Shown: positions 19,190 to 29,662 of the stretch, in pieces
Layout of the letters: each line of letters opens with the position of its first letter
Position numbering within the stretch: the first letter of the stretch is position 1
The notes under the pieces: generated by a model
Told to the model about the DNA's origin: nothing
What the model saw: the letters and a program-made list of their open reading frames with translations, nothing else
Database searches by the model: none
IMG/VR virus record: IMGVR_UViG_3300033067_000343
Span: 1 to 64,000 of that record
Source: a virus
Lineage: Duplodnaviria > Caudoviricetes
DNA length: 64,000 nt
Direction: 5' to 3' (one strand)
Made by a program: the position numbers and the translations under genes

Positions 19190-19922
19190 TAACATATTCT
19201 GCCCAGGCTTGGTGTGCTTTGTGTCCTGGGTGGAATCCATCTTCCATAAAATCATTCATGCTCTTGGCCAATTCATAAAGGCCATTACGCTCTGCATCTG
19301 TAAAGATCCACTTGTCTAGTTCGAGCTCTCTGATCATTGAATGTAGTCCGGGCATTGCTGTTACGCCAAAGTCGCCATTGGGACTAACGTTCTTCTTATC
19401 GTTCCAGTAGTTTACGTAACTCATAAACTTGTACTTGATACCTTTCGCTTCCAAGAAGTTTTTGAGCTTAACCATTTCAGTAATGTTAATGGTTGCTAAA
19501 CTGTAGTCACTGGACACTTTGTACATTTCGTAGAACATCTTATGTGCAACAGGGTTCTTAAACCATGTGCCCATTTGACCACCGCTGAAAATATAACCTA
19601 GTTGATTGTCGGGTAGCCTACGATAAAACCCATAACTGTCAAACAATTCGTTCCACGATGGGTCAGTGATGTCAGTTAAGTAATCTAATCGACTCACGCC
19701 ACTCCACATTACTAGAACTTGATCGTACTTGCCCGGATTGTCTAGCACTTCTCTGATAACGCTATCTGCGATGTATTGATTACCTGCCGCTGCTTCTGCG
19801 AGATTGGTAATCTCGTCGGTTGGGTTCATCTCACTAAAGTATCTTGGCCAACATACATTGGGTCCGCCGGGGAAATCGGGCCATTGACTAAAACTGCATC
19901 CGGATATTAGAATTTTCATCAA
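19170..19922 (-). CDS. SGNH/GDSL hydrolase-like protein
   Basis: GCSFS block I, AGN block II, DGFHP block V; minus-strand TAAATA at 19925-19930. Confidence 0.6.
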   Translation of the reverse strand: MMKILISGCSFSQWPDFPGGPNVCWPRYFSEMNPTDEITNLAEAAAGNQYIADSVIREVLDNPGKYDQVLVMWSGVSRLDYLTDITDPSWNELFDSYGFYRRLPDNQLGYIFSGGQMGTWFKNPVAHKMFYEMYKVSSDYSLATINITEMVKLKNFLEAKGIKYKFMSYVNYWNDKKNVSPNGDFGVTAMPGLHSMIRELELDKWIFTDAERNGLYELAKSMNDFMEDGFHPGHKAHQAWAEYVTKQIKS

Positions 19923-19930
19923 AATATTTA

Positions 19931-19959
19931 TTGACTAATCCTTTTGTAACATTTATAAT
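19931..19959 (+). promoter_or_regulatory. sigma70-type promoter, probably giving a leaderless mRNA
   Basis: TTGACT-N17-TATAAT; ATG begins 6 nt after the -10 box. Confidence 0.75.
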
Positions 19960-19964
19960 TACAT

Positions 19965-20675
19965 ATGATCATTCAACGTTACAACTACGAACCACTTAAT
20001 AGAACCACAGTAGAAGGCAAGAGACATTATTGTTTACCAGACGGCAGTAAAGTTCCTAGCGTTACAACTATTCTAGATAAAACAAAAAGCCAGGAATCCA
20101 AAATAGCTCTTGCAAACTGGAAAAAACGAGTTGGTGAACAACAAGCTCAACAAATTGTTACTGAAGCGGCTAACCGCGGAACCAGGATGCATGCATACCT
20201 TGAACAGTATATCCTTCAAGATGACATGAAGCCGTTGCCCGATAATCCTTTTGCCCACCCTAGTTGGTTTATGGCAGCAGAAGTTATTCTTAAAGGACTT
20301 GTAAATGTAGACGAGTTTTGGGGTACAGAAGTTCCTGTTTATTATAGTGGGTTATATGCTGGCACCACAGACTGCTTAGGTGTGTGGAAAGGCAGGCCCG
20401 CAATCATGGACTTTAAGCAAAGTAACAAGGTCAAGAAGCGTGAATACATTTCTGATTACTTTTTGCAATTAGCAGCCTATGCAGCAGCACATAATGAAAC
20501 GTATGGTACCAATATACGTGACGGTGTAATTTTGATGGCTGTGCAGCCAAAACAGCTAGAAGATGGCACCTTTTCGGCGCCAGAATACCTGGAATTTGAA
20601 GTCTCAGGAGACGAGTTTGACCACTGGAGCCAAGAGTGGATGAAACGTGTGGAGCTCTATTATCTAACTAACTAA
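19965..20675 (+). CDS. PD-(D/E)xK exonuclease
   Basis: GTRMH, AGTTDC, IMDFKQS, QLAAY motifs. Confidence 0.8.
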   Translation: MIIQRYNYEPLNRTTVEGKRHYCLPDGSKVPSVTTILDKTKSQESKIALANWKKRVGEQQAQQIVTEAANRGTRMHAYLEQYILQDDMKPLPDNPFAHPSWFMAAEVILKGLVNVDEFWGTEVPVYYSGLYAGTTDCLGVWKGRPAIMDFKQSNKVKKREYISDYFLQLAAYAAAHNETYGTNIRDGVILMAVQPKQLEDGTFSAPEYLEFEVSGDEFDHWSQEWMKRVELYYLTN

Positions 20676-20691
20676 ATACACAATAGTTAGA
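20663..20691 (+). promoter_or_regulatory. hairpin with late-type TAAATA in the loop, partly covering the SD of the 20702 gene
   Basis: TCTAACTA (20663-20670) / TAGTTAGA (20684-20691); TAAATA 20673-20678. Confidence 0.6.
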
Positions 20692-20701
20692 GGATTGACA
20701 C

Positions 20702-22273
20702 ATGGCTGTCGTACAGATTAGTAGAATTCAAGCCCGTAGAGGTTTACAACAAGATTTACCAACCCTAGCAAGTGCCGAACTTGGCTGGAGCGTTGACCAG
20801 CGTAGATTGTTTATTGGTAACGGTACCCTTACTGAAGGCGCCCCTACCGAAGGTGTTACTGAAATTTTAACTCAGTACACAGACTTAACAACAGTATTAC
20901 GTAACTACACATTCCGCGGCAACGCGGGTGGATACACAGCACAAACTGGTCCATCTATGTTGAGTCCGACTGTTCGTAGTTTCCAAGATAAACTTGACGA
21001 TTTTGTTAACGTTAAAGACTTTGGTGCAACCGGTAACGGAGTTACTGATGACACAGCAGCGATTAATAGAGCCATTACACAGATCTATTATGCTCCACAC
21101 CTAAATGATACAAGAGTACGCAGAACCTTGTATTTTCCTGCAGGTACTTACAATGTATCTGGCACAGTGTTGTTAATTCCACCTTATGCACGTTTAGTTG
21201 GCGACGGTATTGAAAGTACCGTTATCCAACAAACAGACGGAACACAACCTTGCTTAATGCAGGTAACTGACAGCTTGTACCAAACTGGTGCTAGCCTAGG
21301 TCAAAACAGTGCAACCCTACCTGGTTATGTAACTATTGAAGAAATGAGTTTAGCAAACACCAACGACAAGGACATTATTATCCTTGACAGTGTGATGCAC
21401 TTTACATTCTTCTCCGTTGAGTTTTTAGGCAGTTTGTCTAACCCAACTACCGCAGGTAGCCAAGCATACGCTGGCGTTAAGGTTAAGTCTTTTGCTCGTA
21501 CCAGTGAAAACGTTAACTTCTGGTCTTGCAACTTTAAGAATACTCGTTACGCTGTGCTAAGTGATGACGCAGGTGCCGATGTTAAATTTAACGGATGCTC
21601 CTTCGTTGGTTTGTATAAAGGCATGAAGTTGGGCCAAAACAGTACGCCCACAACAATGCCATCTAACTACAAGATTATCAACTGCGTATTCTATAGCATT
21701 GCTAACTCCGCAATTGAATGCTATGCAGGTGTAAGCGGGGTATTGAGCTCTGGTAACAACTACCTTGACGTTGGCAATAACTTTGCTGGTGTGGGTAGCC
21801 CTGTAGCTCCTGTGTTGAGCTTTGTGTCTGACGGTAACTACAGCTTGTGCGACACCTTTGCACGTACTGATGCCGACGACCTTGTGCAAAAACGTATCAG
21901 CTACAACGGAAGCAAGTTTGTAAGCATTCAGTCTAACGTGGGCTTGGTATCTGGTAATTATGTAACTGGTATCGGCGGCACTGTGGTGTTAACAAACAAT
22001 ACACCAGTCTATGCGTCCACAGGTATTGTGTTACGTGATGCATGTCAAGTAAACTATACAATCATTCGTGGCATTACGTTAAGACATGGATCCTTTGTTT
22101 ACGCTGGATCTAACTCTCAACAAAACTTTTCCGACAACTACATGATGTCTGGATTAAATACTATCACATTATCAGCAGGCCTAACCCTAGGCGGCGATGC
22201 TGTTATTGTGTATCAGACTACTGATACTGGCGTTGACGCCACAATGAAATACAACATCAACTATTTTGATTAA
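20702..22273 (+). CDS. tail fibre/tailspike with pectate-lyase-3-like beta-helix
   Basis: RIQARRG...AELGW...RRLFIGNG N-terminus; VNVKDFGATGNGVTDDTAAINRA; YFPAGTY. Confidence 0.75.
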   Translation: MAVVQISRIQARRGLQQDLPTLASAELGWSVDQRRLFIGNGTLTEGAPTEGVTEILTQYTDLTTVLRNYTFRGNAGGYTAQTGPSMLSPTVRSFQDKLDDFVNVKDFGATGNGVTDDTAAINRAITQIYYAPHLNDTRVRRTLYFPAGTYNVSGTVLLIPPYARLVGDGIESTVIQQTDGTQPCLMQVTDSLYQTGASLGQNSATLPGYVTIEEMSLANTNDKDIIILDSVMHFTFFSVEFLGSLSNPTTAGSQAYAGVKVKSFARTSENVNFWSCNFKNTRYAVLSDDAGADVKFNGCSFVGLYKGMKLGQNSTPTTMPSNYKIINCVFYSIANSAIECYAGVSGVLSSGNNYLDVGNNFAGVGSPVAPVLSFVSDGNYSLCDTFARTDADDLVQKRISYNGSKFVSIQSNVGLVSGNYVTGIGGTVVLTNNTPVYASTGIVLRDACQVNYTIIRGITLRHGSFVYAGSNSQQNFSDNYMMSGLNTITLSAGLTLGGDAVIVYQTTDTGVDATMKYNINYFD

Positions 22274-22276
22274 TTA

Positions 22277-22714
22277 ATGTTTAAACTAGCAGCTACCGAG
22301 CGTTTGTCTCGGTGGCGTGAATTTCGAAAATCGCTGGACACCTTATCTTTAGAACAAGCCGTAAAGGCCACTGTAGACTTTTGGCACGGGTGTCCTTTCT
22401 CTCCTTACTACCTTGATCCGGCAAAGCCTGAAGAATGGCCAAACCCGTGGACATTAATTGAAGAAAACTACTATTGCGATATTGCAAAAGCACTAGGCAT
22501 GCTGTATACTATTAAGTTCACTGCACACAATCCTAGTGTAGAGCTACGAATATATCTCGATCCAGAAACGCGGTACAGTTATAATTTAGTCTGGATTGAC
22601 GACGGGAAATATGTTATTAATTTGATTGAAGGTGAAGTCGTAAATAAACAACTTGCCGATAATCTAACATTAAAGGTCAAATACGCAGACGAACTAAATT
22701 TGAATAGTTATTAA
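22277..22714 (+). CDS. hypothetical protein
   Basis: 145-aa ORF within the operon. Confidence 0.65.
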   Translation: MFKLAATERLSRWREFRKSLDTLSLEQAVKATVDFWHGCPFSPYYLDPAKPEEWPNPWTLIEENYYCDIAKALGMLYTIKFTAHNPSVELRIYLDPETRYSYNLVWIDDGKYVINLIEGEVVNKQLADNLTLKVKYADELNLNSY

Positions 22715-22723
22715 GAGGAATCA

Positions 22724-25027
22724 ATGAGTCAAATACAAGTAACAAAAAGAGACGGACGTAAAGAGCCGCTAAATCTAGAAAAATTACATAAGGTTGTGTT
22801 TTGGGCAACCGAGGGCATTACAGGAGTTAGTGCTAGCGAAGTAGAAATTAATAGTCATGTGCAGTTTTATAACGGTATCAAAAGCACAGACATCCAAGAA
22901 ACCCTAATCAAGAGTGCAGCAGATTTAATTAGTGAAGAGTCACCCAACTATCAATACGTTGCAGGTAGACTACTAACATATCACATCTACAAACAAGTAT
23001 ACGGCGGCTACACACCTTGGCCTCTACTAAAATTAGTTAAGCGTAACATTGACATTGGTTACTACACTCCTGAGCTGTTGGAAAACTACTCAGAGGATGA
23101 GATCAATCAACTGGATACCTACCTCCACCACCGTCGTGATGAGAACTTCACCTATGTTGCAATGGAACAATGGCGTGGCAAGTACCTAGTACAAAACCGC
23201 GTCACCAATGAGCTATACGAAACTCCACAGTCAGCATACATGATGATTGCTGCCACGTTGTTTATGGCTTATCCTAAAGAAACACGTATGCAATGGGTAA
23301 AGGATTACTATGATGCTATTTCTAACTTTGATATTTCCTTGCCTACTCCTGTTATGGCTGGGGTTCGCACTCCACAAAAACAATTTAGTTCGTGTGTGCT
23401 TATCGAGTCTGGCGATAGTTTGGACAGTATCAATGCTACTGCATCTTCAATCGTTAAATACGTCTCACAAAAAGCTGGAATTGGTATTGGAGCAGGACGA
23501 ATTCGGGCGTTGGGTTCGCCTATCCGCTCCGGCGATGCGTACCACACAGGAGTTACGCCCTTCCTTAAACTATTTCAGGCCGCAACACGCTCTTGTTCGC
23601 AAGGTGGCGTAAGAAACGGTGCAGCAACAATCTACTATCCAATTTGGCACTTAGAAGCCGAAGACCTATTGGTGTTGAAAAACAACAAAGGTACAGAAGA
23701 CAACCGTGTTCGTCAAATGGACTACGGTGTGCAGTTCAACAAACTAATGTATGAGCGTTTGATCACAGGCGGTGACATTACCCTGTTTAGCCCACATGAT
23801 GTTCCTGAGATGTATGAAGCATTCTTTAACGACCAGGACAAGTTCCGTGAGTTGTATGAGAAAGCAGAACGTAACACCAAGCTACGTAAAAAGACTTTCA
23901 AGGCATCAGAACTGTTTAGCAAGTTCATGACTGAGCGTAAAGACACTGGTCGCATTTATTTGATGAACGTGGACCATGCCAATACACATAGCCCATTCAA
24001 AGAAAAGCTACATCCTATCAAGATGAGCAACTTGTGTACAGAGATTGACTTGCCTACTAAGCCATTGAACGACATCAATGACGAACTAGGTCGTATTGCA
24101 TTGTGTACTCTATCTGCACAGAACTGGGGCAACGTTAAGAAGCCGCAAGACTTTGAGCGTATGTGTACTCTAAGCGTTCGCGGTCTAGATGCTTTGTTGA
24201 GCTATCAGAACTATCCTGTTAAGGCAGCAGAACTAGCAACAAAAGAATTCCGTCCAATTGGTAACGGCATTATCAACTTTGCTTACTTCTTGGCCAAGCA
24301 CGATGTTAGCTACAGTGACCCTGCTGCACTTGCACTAGTTGACGAGTATGCAGAAGCATGGTCATACTACTTGATCAAAGCAAGTGCTGACCTAGCTAAA
24401 GAGCAAGGACCTTGCGAGAAGTGGGAAGAACTAAAGTATGCCGATGGTATCTTGCCAATCGACACACGTAAGAAAGAAGTTGACGAACTTGTTGAGCATA
24501 AAGAGCGTATGCCATGGCGTGCTCTGCGTGAACAGATCCTAGACTCCGGCATTCGCAATGCAACACTAATGGCTCTAATGCCAGCAGAAACATCTGCACA
24601 GATCTCTAATGCCACTAACGGTATTGAAGCTCCACGCAGCTATGTTTCTATTAAGCAAAGCAAGCACGGTGTATTGAAACAGGTTGTACCTGAATTTAAG
24701 AAACTTAAGAACAAATACGAATTGTTATGGGACCAACGTAGCCCGGAAGGCTACTTAAAACTTTGTGCAGTATTGCAAAAATGGATTGATCAAGGCATTA
24801 GTGTCAACACTTCGTACAATCCTAAGTTCTACGAAGATGAAAAGATCCCTATGAGTGAGATGCTCCAGCACCTGATCATGTGCTACAAATACGGAACTAA
24901 ACAACTTTACTATTTCAACACCAATGATGGTCAGGGCGAAATTGACGTTGATAAGTTATCAGCTGCATTACAATTGCCAGCAGAAGAACTTATGGACCAA
25001 GAAGATTGCGATTCCTGCGTAATTTAA
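22724..25027 (+). CDS. nrdA: ribonucleoside-diphosphate reductase class Ia alpha subunit
   Basis: ATP cone VTKRDG, QFSSCVL, SNLCTEI, C-terminal CDSC. Confidence 0.97.
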   Translation: MSQIQVTKRDGRKEPLNLEKLHKVVFWATEGITGVSASEVEINSHVQFYNGIKSTDIQETLIKSAADLISEESPNYQYVAGRLLTYHIYKQVYGGYTPWPLLKLVKRNIDIGYYTPELLENYSEDEINQLDTYLHHRRDENFTYVAMEQWRGKYLVQNRVTNELYETPQSAYMMIAATLFMAYPKETRMQWVKDYYDAISNFDISLPTPVMAGVRTPQKQFSSCVLIESGDSLDSINATASSIVKYVSQKAGIGIGAGRIRALGSPIRSGDAYHTGVTPFLKLFQAATRSCSQGGVRNGAATIYYPIWHLEAEDLLVLKNNKGTEDNRVRQMDYGVQFNKLMYERLITGGDITLFSPHDVPEMYEAFFNDQDKFRELYEKAERNTKLRKKTFKASELFSKFMTERKDTGRIYLMNVDHANTHSPFKEKLHPIKMSNLCTEIDLPTKPLNDINDELGRIALCTLSAQNWGNVKKPQDFERMCTLSVRGLDALLSYQNYPVKAAELATKEFRPIGNGIINFAYFLAKHDVSYSDPAALALVDEYAEAWSYYLIKASADLAKEQGPCEKWEELKYADGILPIDTRKKEVDELVEHKERMPWRALREQILDSGIRNATLMALMPAETSAQISNATNGIEAPRSYVSIKQSKHGVLKQVVPEFKKLKNKYELLWDQRSPEGYLKLCAVLQKWIDQGISVNTSYNPKFYEDEKIPMSEMLQHLIMCYKYGTKQLYYFNTNDGQGEIDVDKLSAALQLPAEELMDQEDCDSCVI

Positions 25028-25039
25028 TAAAGAACTAAT

Positions 25040-26167
25040 ATGAGCGTATTCAATTTAAACGACACTAAAAAACACACTGAAAAATTGGCGTTCTTAGATA
25101 ACTCTGGGCCCACAGCGGTCCAGCGTTACGAGACACTAAAGTACAGACAATTCGACAAGCTCACAGACAGACAACTAGGCTTCTTTTGGAGACCAGAAGA
25201 AATCGACGTTATGCGTGACTCCAAAGACTTCAAGGAGTTAACAGACTTTGAACAACACATTTTTACAAGCAATCTTAAGCGACAAATACTTTTGGATAGT
25301 GTGCAAGGCCGTAGCCCTAACCTCGCTTTTCTACCTCTATGCAGTTTGCCTGAGCTGGAGACATGGATCCAAACTTGGGCATTCAATGAAACGATCCACA
25401 GTCGTTCTTACACCCATATTATTCGTAATGTCTATAGCGACCCTGGCCGAGTGTTTGATGAGCTAATGCAAATTGAGCCAATTGTTAACTGTGCAAAAGA
25501 CATCAGCAAGTATTACGATGATGTAATTGAGTACAGCACTTGGCATCGTGCATTGGGCGTGGGCAAGCATTTTGTCAATGGCAAGGAAATTGTCGTTGAC
25601 GAGTATGAACTAAAGAAGCGTCTATGGCTAGCGATTAACAGCGTTAACGCACTTGAAGGCATTCGCTTCTACGTTAGCTTTGCTTGCTCATGGGCATTCG
25701 CAGAGTTGAAGAAGATGGAAGGTAACGCCAAGATCATTAAACTGATCTGCCGCGATGAAAACTTGCACCTAGCGTCTACACAGACACTAATCAAGTTGTT
25801 GCCACAAGATGACCCAGACTTTGCAAAGATTAAAGAAGAGACTAAAGAAGAATGTACGGCCATGTTCTTGAGTGCAGCAGCACAAGAAAAAGACTGGGCA
25901 AAGTACTTGTTCAAGGACGGTTCAATGATTGGACTTAACACACAATTGCTATGCCAGTATGTTGACTGGTTAACATGCAAGCGTATGAACACTGTTGGCT
26001 TAGAGTGTGGCATGAAGCCAGGTTCTAACCCATTGCCTTGGACACAGAAATGGATTGCAGGCAGCGAAGTGCAAGTGGCACCACAGGAAACTGAAATCAC
26101 TACATACGTAGTTGGTGGTACCAAGCAAGACGTTGATGGCAATACTTTTAAAGGCTTTAGTCTCTAA
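25040..26167 (+). CDS. nrdB: ribonucleoside-diphosphate reductase beta subunit
   Basis: FWRPEE, ETIHSRSY, EGIRFY, DENLH. Confidence 0.97.
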   Translation: MSVFNLNDTKKHTEKLAFLDNSGPTAVQRYETLKYRQFDKLTDRQLGFFWRPEEIDVMRDSKDFKELTDFEQHIFTSNLKRQILLDSVQGRSPNLAFLPLCSLPELETWIQTWAFNETIHSRSYTHIIRNVYSDPGRVFDELMQIEPIVNCAKDISKYYDDVIEYSTWHRALGVGKHFVNGKEIVVDEYELKKRLWLAINSVNALEGIRFYVSFACSWAFAELKKMEGNAKIIKLICRDENLHLASTQTLIKLLPQDDPDFAKIKEETKEECTAMFLSAAAQEKDWAKYLFKDGSMIGLNTQLLCQYVDWLTCKRMNTVGLECGMKPGSNPLPWTQKWIAGSEVQVAPQETEITTYVVGGTKQDVDGNTFKGFSL

Positions 26168-26191
26168 GATATATAATACACAAGGAGACAT

Positions 26192-26434
26192 ATGTTAACA
26201 GTTTATTCAAAGAACCATTGCCCCTTTTGCGATCAAGCAAAGGCGCTACTAAAAAGCAAAGACATTCCGTTTGAGGAAGTTAAGATTGACGAAAGCACTG
26301 AAGCCCGTGAGTTTATCATGGCAGAAGGTCATCGCACAGTCCCACAAATTTACAAAGACGGTAAAGTGTTTGTAGAAGGTGGCTTCCAAGGACTACGTAA
26401 ACTAAATGAAGATCAATTAAAGGCAGCTCTATAA
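26192..26434 (+). CDS. glutaredoxin
   Basis: CPFC, TVPQI, GGF motifs; follows nrdAB. Confidence 0.92.
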   Translation: MLTVYSKNHCPFCDQAKALLKSKDIPFEEVKIDESTEAREFIMAEGHRTVPQIYKDGKVFVEGGFQGLRKLNEDQLKAAL

Positions 26435-26751
26435 TGCTAGTTTCAAATTCAAGTAAGTATGAAAAAGATGACGTTGTCACTTTCAAGATGGTCAACGGTG
26501 ACGAGATTGTTGCCAAGATTATTGAAGACGGCGGTATGAGCTTTACTGTGGATCGCCCCTGCACTGTTGTGCCAAGCCACCAAGGCATCGGCCTAACACA
26601 GAGCTTGTTCACTAGTGATGTTCGTAAGCCAATTGTCATTAGCAAGAATCACGTCATGTTCTCTTGCGAAACAATTAAGGAAATGGCCAATCACTATTTC
26701 CAAATCACTACAGGTATTCAACCTGTAACCGCAGGAAGCATTGTAACCTAA
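26434..26751 (+). CDS. hypothetical protein (possibly Sm-like fold)
   Basis: VTFKMVNGDEIVAK pattern. Confidence 0.55.
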   Translation: MLVSNSSKYEKDDVVTFKMVNGDEIVAKIIEDGGMSFTVDRPCTVVPSHQGIGLTQSLFTSDVRKPIVISKNHVMFSCETIKEMANHYFQITTGIQPVTAGSIVT

Positions 26752-27038
26752 TGGCAGGAGCAGCACGCCTTGGAGACCCAGACACTAGTGACGGAACAAT
26801 CATTAGTGGAGTAAGCACGGATGTGATTATCAATGGGCAAGGTGCTGCTATTGTGGGCAGTGTAGACAGCCCACATGCCCCTTACGGTCCACCACACCCA
26901 CCTCATGCGGCTGCTACTATTACTGTTGGCAGCAGTTCTGTTATTGTTAACGGACAAGGTTTGGCGTTTGCGGGCAGTGACTTAAGTTGCGGCCATGCCA
27001 TTAAAAGTGGCAGCGATGACGTCGATATTGCGCCATAA
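26751..27038 (+). CDS. PAAR-repeat tail spike tip protein (gp5.4-like)
   Basis: AARLGD, GS-x-x-V-x-x-NG repeats, PH...H and CGH metal ligands. Confidence 0.85.
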   Translation: MAGAARLGDPDTSDGTIISGVSTDVIINGQGAAIVGSVDSPHAPYGPPHPPHAAATITVGSSSVIVNGQGLAFAGSDLSCGHAIKSGSDDVDIAP

Positions 27039-27059
27039 GTACTATAATAGGATAAAAAT

Positions 27060-28640
27060 ATGTCTGGAATTAGTCCAACAATGCTCATTGCTGCTGATGG
27101 TATCACTAGTGGCAGCGGACTTGGCGTAAGTGCCAATTTAACCGCAACTTTAAGTTCATTTGATTCGTCAGAGTTAGTTCAACTGTACACTGACGTTCGT
27201 GCTGCACTAAACGGTGCAAACGTTGCTATCCCTAGTGTGCCTAGTTACTTAAATGGCAAGGTTGCATCGGATTCTGAGGTAAGTATCACTGCCGCAGTTA
27301 CAACAGCGGCCGCAGCTATTGCACCAAACACTAAAAAGTTTATTGCTAACTTTGCAGCGGCAGACAGCTTTGCACAAACCAGCTTTACTTGGTTAGGTGC
27401 AATGAGCGACATGGGTACCAAGACCTTTGAAAGTTTTGGATTGGGTGTAACTAATTTTAGTGAGATGGTGTCCGGTGGCGCAGGCAAGATCTTTGCAGCA
27501 GCAGATGGAGTAAAAGCAGACCTTAACACATTGTCTAGCTCAATGTCCAAGTTCGGTACTGCATTTGATCCAAGTAACTTACAGAAGATGTTTGAGCCAG
27601 CTGGCTTTATTGCCAACTTAACCAAACAAGGTCTGGGTAACGTAGGTGGATTAACTGATGCACTTGAATCGGCGGGGCTAGATACTGCTAACCTTGACAA
27701 GGCTAACCCAGAAGTTGTTAAGCAGACGTTGGCAACTGTAACCGGTTCCGACTTGGAAAAGATCATTGCTCAAACAAAGATCGCCTTACCAGTTGGACAC
27801 ATGGTCAAGACCGCAGCAGACTTATTGGATGCAAAGAAGATGATGAGTCCCGCAGACTTGGCAGCACTGCCAGGAGGCTCACTAGCCGGCTTAGGTAATG
27901 CGTTAACTAACATGGGTGGTAACTTTAAAAAGGTTACTGACATTGCTAAGAACCTTGCAGCAACAAAGATTCCAACGCTTAAACATTTAGACGCATTGCC
28001 TAACCCATTGCCGTCTGGTGTTATGAGCAGCTTTGCAAGCAAGATGGGCTCCGGGGGCGGCCCATTTGGCAATCCAACTATCATGGACATTATCGGAACT
28101 GCCGCAGGTTACAAGCACACTGATGCTTTCACCACATTGGTAAATGGCCATACTGCTATCCTTGCTTCAAGTCAAGGGCAAGCTCTACAATCTGCTGCTG
28201 ATGCGTTGATTGCTGATCCAACTAACTCATCTAAGCTGAGTGCATTCACTTCTGCCCAGGCTGCAATCACTGGCGCCACTGATGTTAACTTGGCAAAGAT
28301 TGTTAGTGACTGTGCTGCTGCCGTAACAGCAAGTAGCACTCAGTTGGCAACTGAAGCGTCTAATCAAACAAAGGCAGGCCTGGTTCCGTCTGCTGCAACT
28401 ACTCCTGCAACTGCACAACTTTTGGCCTTTGCTGCCAAGTTGCCAGTGTATGGACTTGACAAAACACAAGCAGGATACAACTACATCCTCACCAATATGG
28501 TCACTGATGATCAGTATGGTGAAGCCATTACGGCCAGCTTGTCCGAGGGGGCAAATGCAGCGAAAAATGCTGCCGCAGGCATTGCAAGTACCACCCAAAG
28601 CAGTGCCGCAGATGCTCTGGCTAAGATACAAACTAGCTAA
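27060..28640 (+). CDS. Ala/Gly/Ser-rich putative baseplate/tail-associated protein
   Basis: 526 aa, directly after PAAR. Confidence 0.55.
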   Translation: MSGISPTMLIAADGITSGSGLGVSANLTATLSSFDSSELVQLYTDVRAALNGANVAIPSVPSYLNGKVASDSEVSITAAVTTAAAAIAPNTKKFIANFAAADSFAQTSFTWLGAMSDMGTKTFESFGLGVTNFSEMVSGGAGKIFAAADGVKADLNTLSSSMSKFGTAFDPSNLQKMFEPAGFIANLTKQGLGNVGGLTDALESAGLDTANLDKANPEVVKQTLATVTGSDLEKIIAQTKIALPVGHMVKTAADLLDAKKMMSPADLAALPGGSLAGLGNALTNMGGNFKKVTDIAKNLAATKIPTLKHLDALPNPLPSGVMSSFASKMGSGGGPFGNPTIMDIIGTAAGYKHTDAFTTLVNGHTAILASSQGQALQSAADALIADPTNSSKLSAFTSAQAAITGATDVNLAKIVSDCAAAVTASSTQLATEASNQTKAGLVPSAATTPATAQLLAFAAKLPVYGLDKTQAGYNYILTNMVTDDQYGEAITASLSEGANAAKNAAAGIASTTQSSAADALAKIQTS

Positions 28641-28770
28641 AAAACACCCCACATAACTTGCAAATAACTGAAAAAAGTGCTATAATAGGCGTACTTAACC
28701 AGTTATAGTAGTCTTTATCTACCTGTTTTTATAGGTTATATAAACTACAGAAAGAAACAAAGGAGAAAGT

Positions 28771-29346
28771 ATGACAACAAAAGCGTCAAACGGTAATCCA
28801 AATTTTTGGTTTACTCTTTCTAGAAATGTTATCCAATTTCTAGCATTTATGTTAGTGATGTCACTGTTATGGTCAGTGACACAAACAAAACTAGCAACCC
28901 TTGAAGAAGGTAGCGATGTCTACCGCCAAGGTTTCGTCAGTGCGGAAGACCGCACCAAGCAACTTGATTGCTTGACAAAAAACATTTACAATGAAGCAGC
29001 CACCGAGCCTTTTGAAGGCAAAGTTGCAGTCGCACAAGTTACAATGAACCGCGTGGATAGTGGTAAGTTTGGTAAGGGTGTCTGTGGCGTGGTTTATCAG
29101 AAGAACGTAATCTATGAAAAAGTCATTTGCCAATTTAGTTGGGCATGCATGCCAAGCGTTGCTAAGAAAGCAGTTTACCCTGCTCTCTATAAAGAAAGCG
29201 AAGAAGTCGCTAAGAAGGTTCTACTAGAGAACTTCCGTCTGCCAAGCATGACACAGGCCATGTACTATCACGCAGACTATGTCAACCCAAAGTGGGGCAA
29301 ACCAAAAATCACACAAATTGGTCACCACATTTTCTACAAGGAATAA
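28771..29346 (+). CDS. cell wall hydrolase, SleB/Hydrolase_2 family, N-terminal membrane anchor
   Basis: IYNEA, AVAQVTMNRV, CQFSW, YYHADYV, IGHHIFY. Confidence 0.9.
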   Translation: MTTKASNGNPNFWFTLSRNVIQFLAFMLVMSLLWSVTQTKLATLEEGSDVYRQGFVSAEDRTKQLDCLTKNIYNEAATEPFEGKVAVAQVTMNRVDSGKFGKGVCGVVYQKNVIYEKVICQFSWACMPSVAKKAVYPALYKESEEVAKKVLLENFRLPSMTQAMYYHADYVNPKWGKPKITQIGHHIFYKE

Positions 29347-29347
29347 A

Positions 29348-29662
29348 ATGACTCTCAATCTAGACTTCGTTAAAAACGCTGTACAGAAATTCTTTGAGGA
29401 ACACCTTTTAAAGATTTCCGCAGAGACATTGGAATGGCTCAGCATCATTGTTATTCATTGTGCAACTGTTCCAACACTGTTGGCTATGATGACAGGACTT
29501 AGTGATCGTGCTCCGAGCTTGGACATTGTTATGTTTGTTTGGGGCGCCTTGCTGTTGATGTTTATCCGTGCTATCATTCTCAAGAATAGCCTAAACATCA
29601 TCACTAACGGTTTTGGATTTATTTCCCAAGCTGTTATTATGGCATTTATCTTGTTCCGCTAA
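29348..29662 (+). CDS. small membrane protein (about 3 TM helices)
   Basis: Hydrophobic segments; directly after SleB, holin candidate. Confidence 0.55.
   Translation: MTLNLDFVKNAVQKFFEEHLLKISAETLEWLSIIVIHCATVPTLLAMMTGLSDRAPSLDIVMFVWGALLLMFIRAIILKNSLNIITNGFGFISQAVIMAFILFR

Noticed and set aside
19945-19963. Possible gating stem TGTAA/TTACA at the exonuclease start
   Set aside because: Only 5 AT-rich pairs and does not cover the ATG
22724-26167. Introns or inteins in nrdA/nrdB (also helicase and clpP)
   Set aside because: Lengths and motif spacing match uninterrupted proteins
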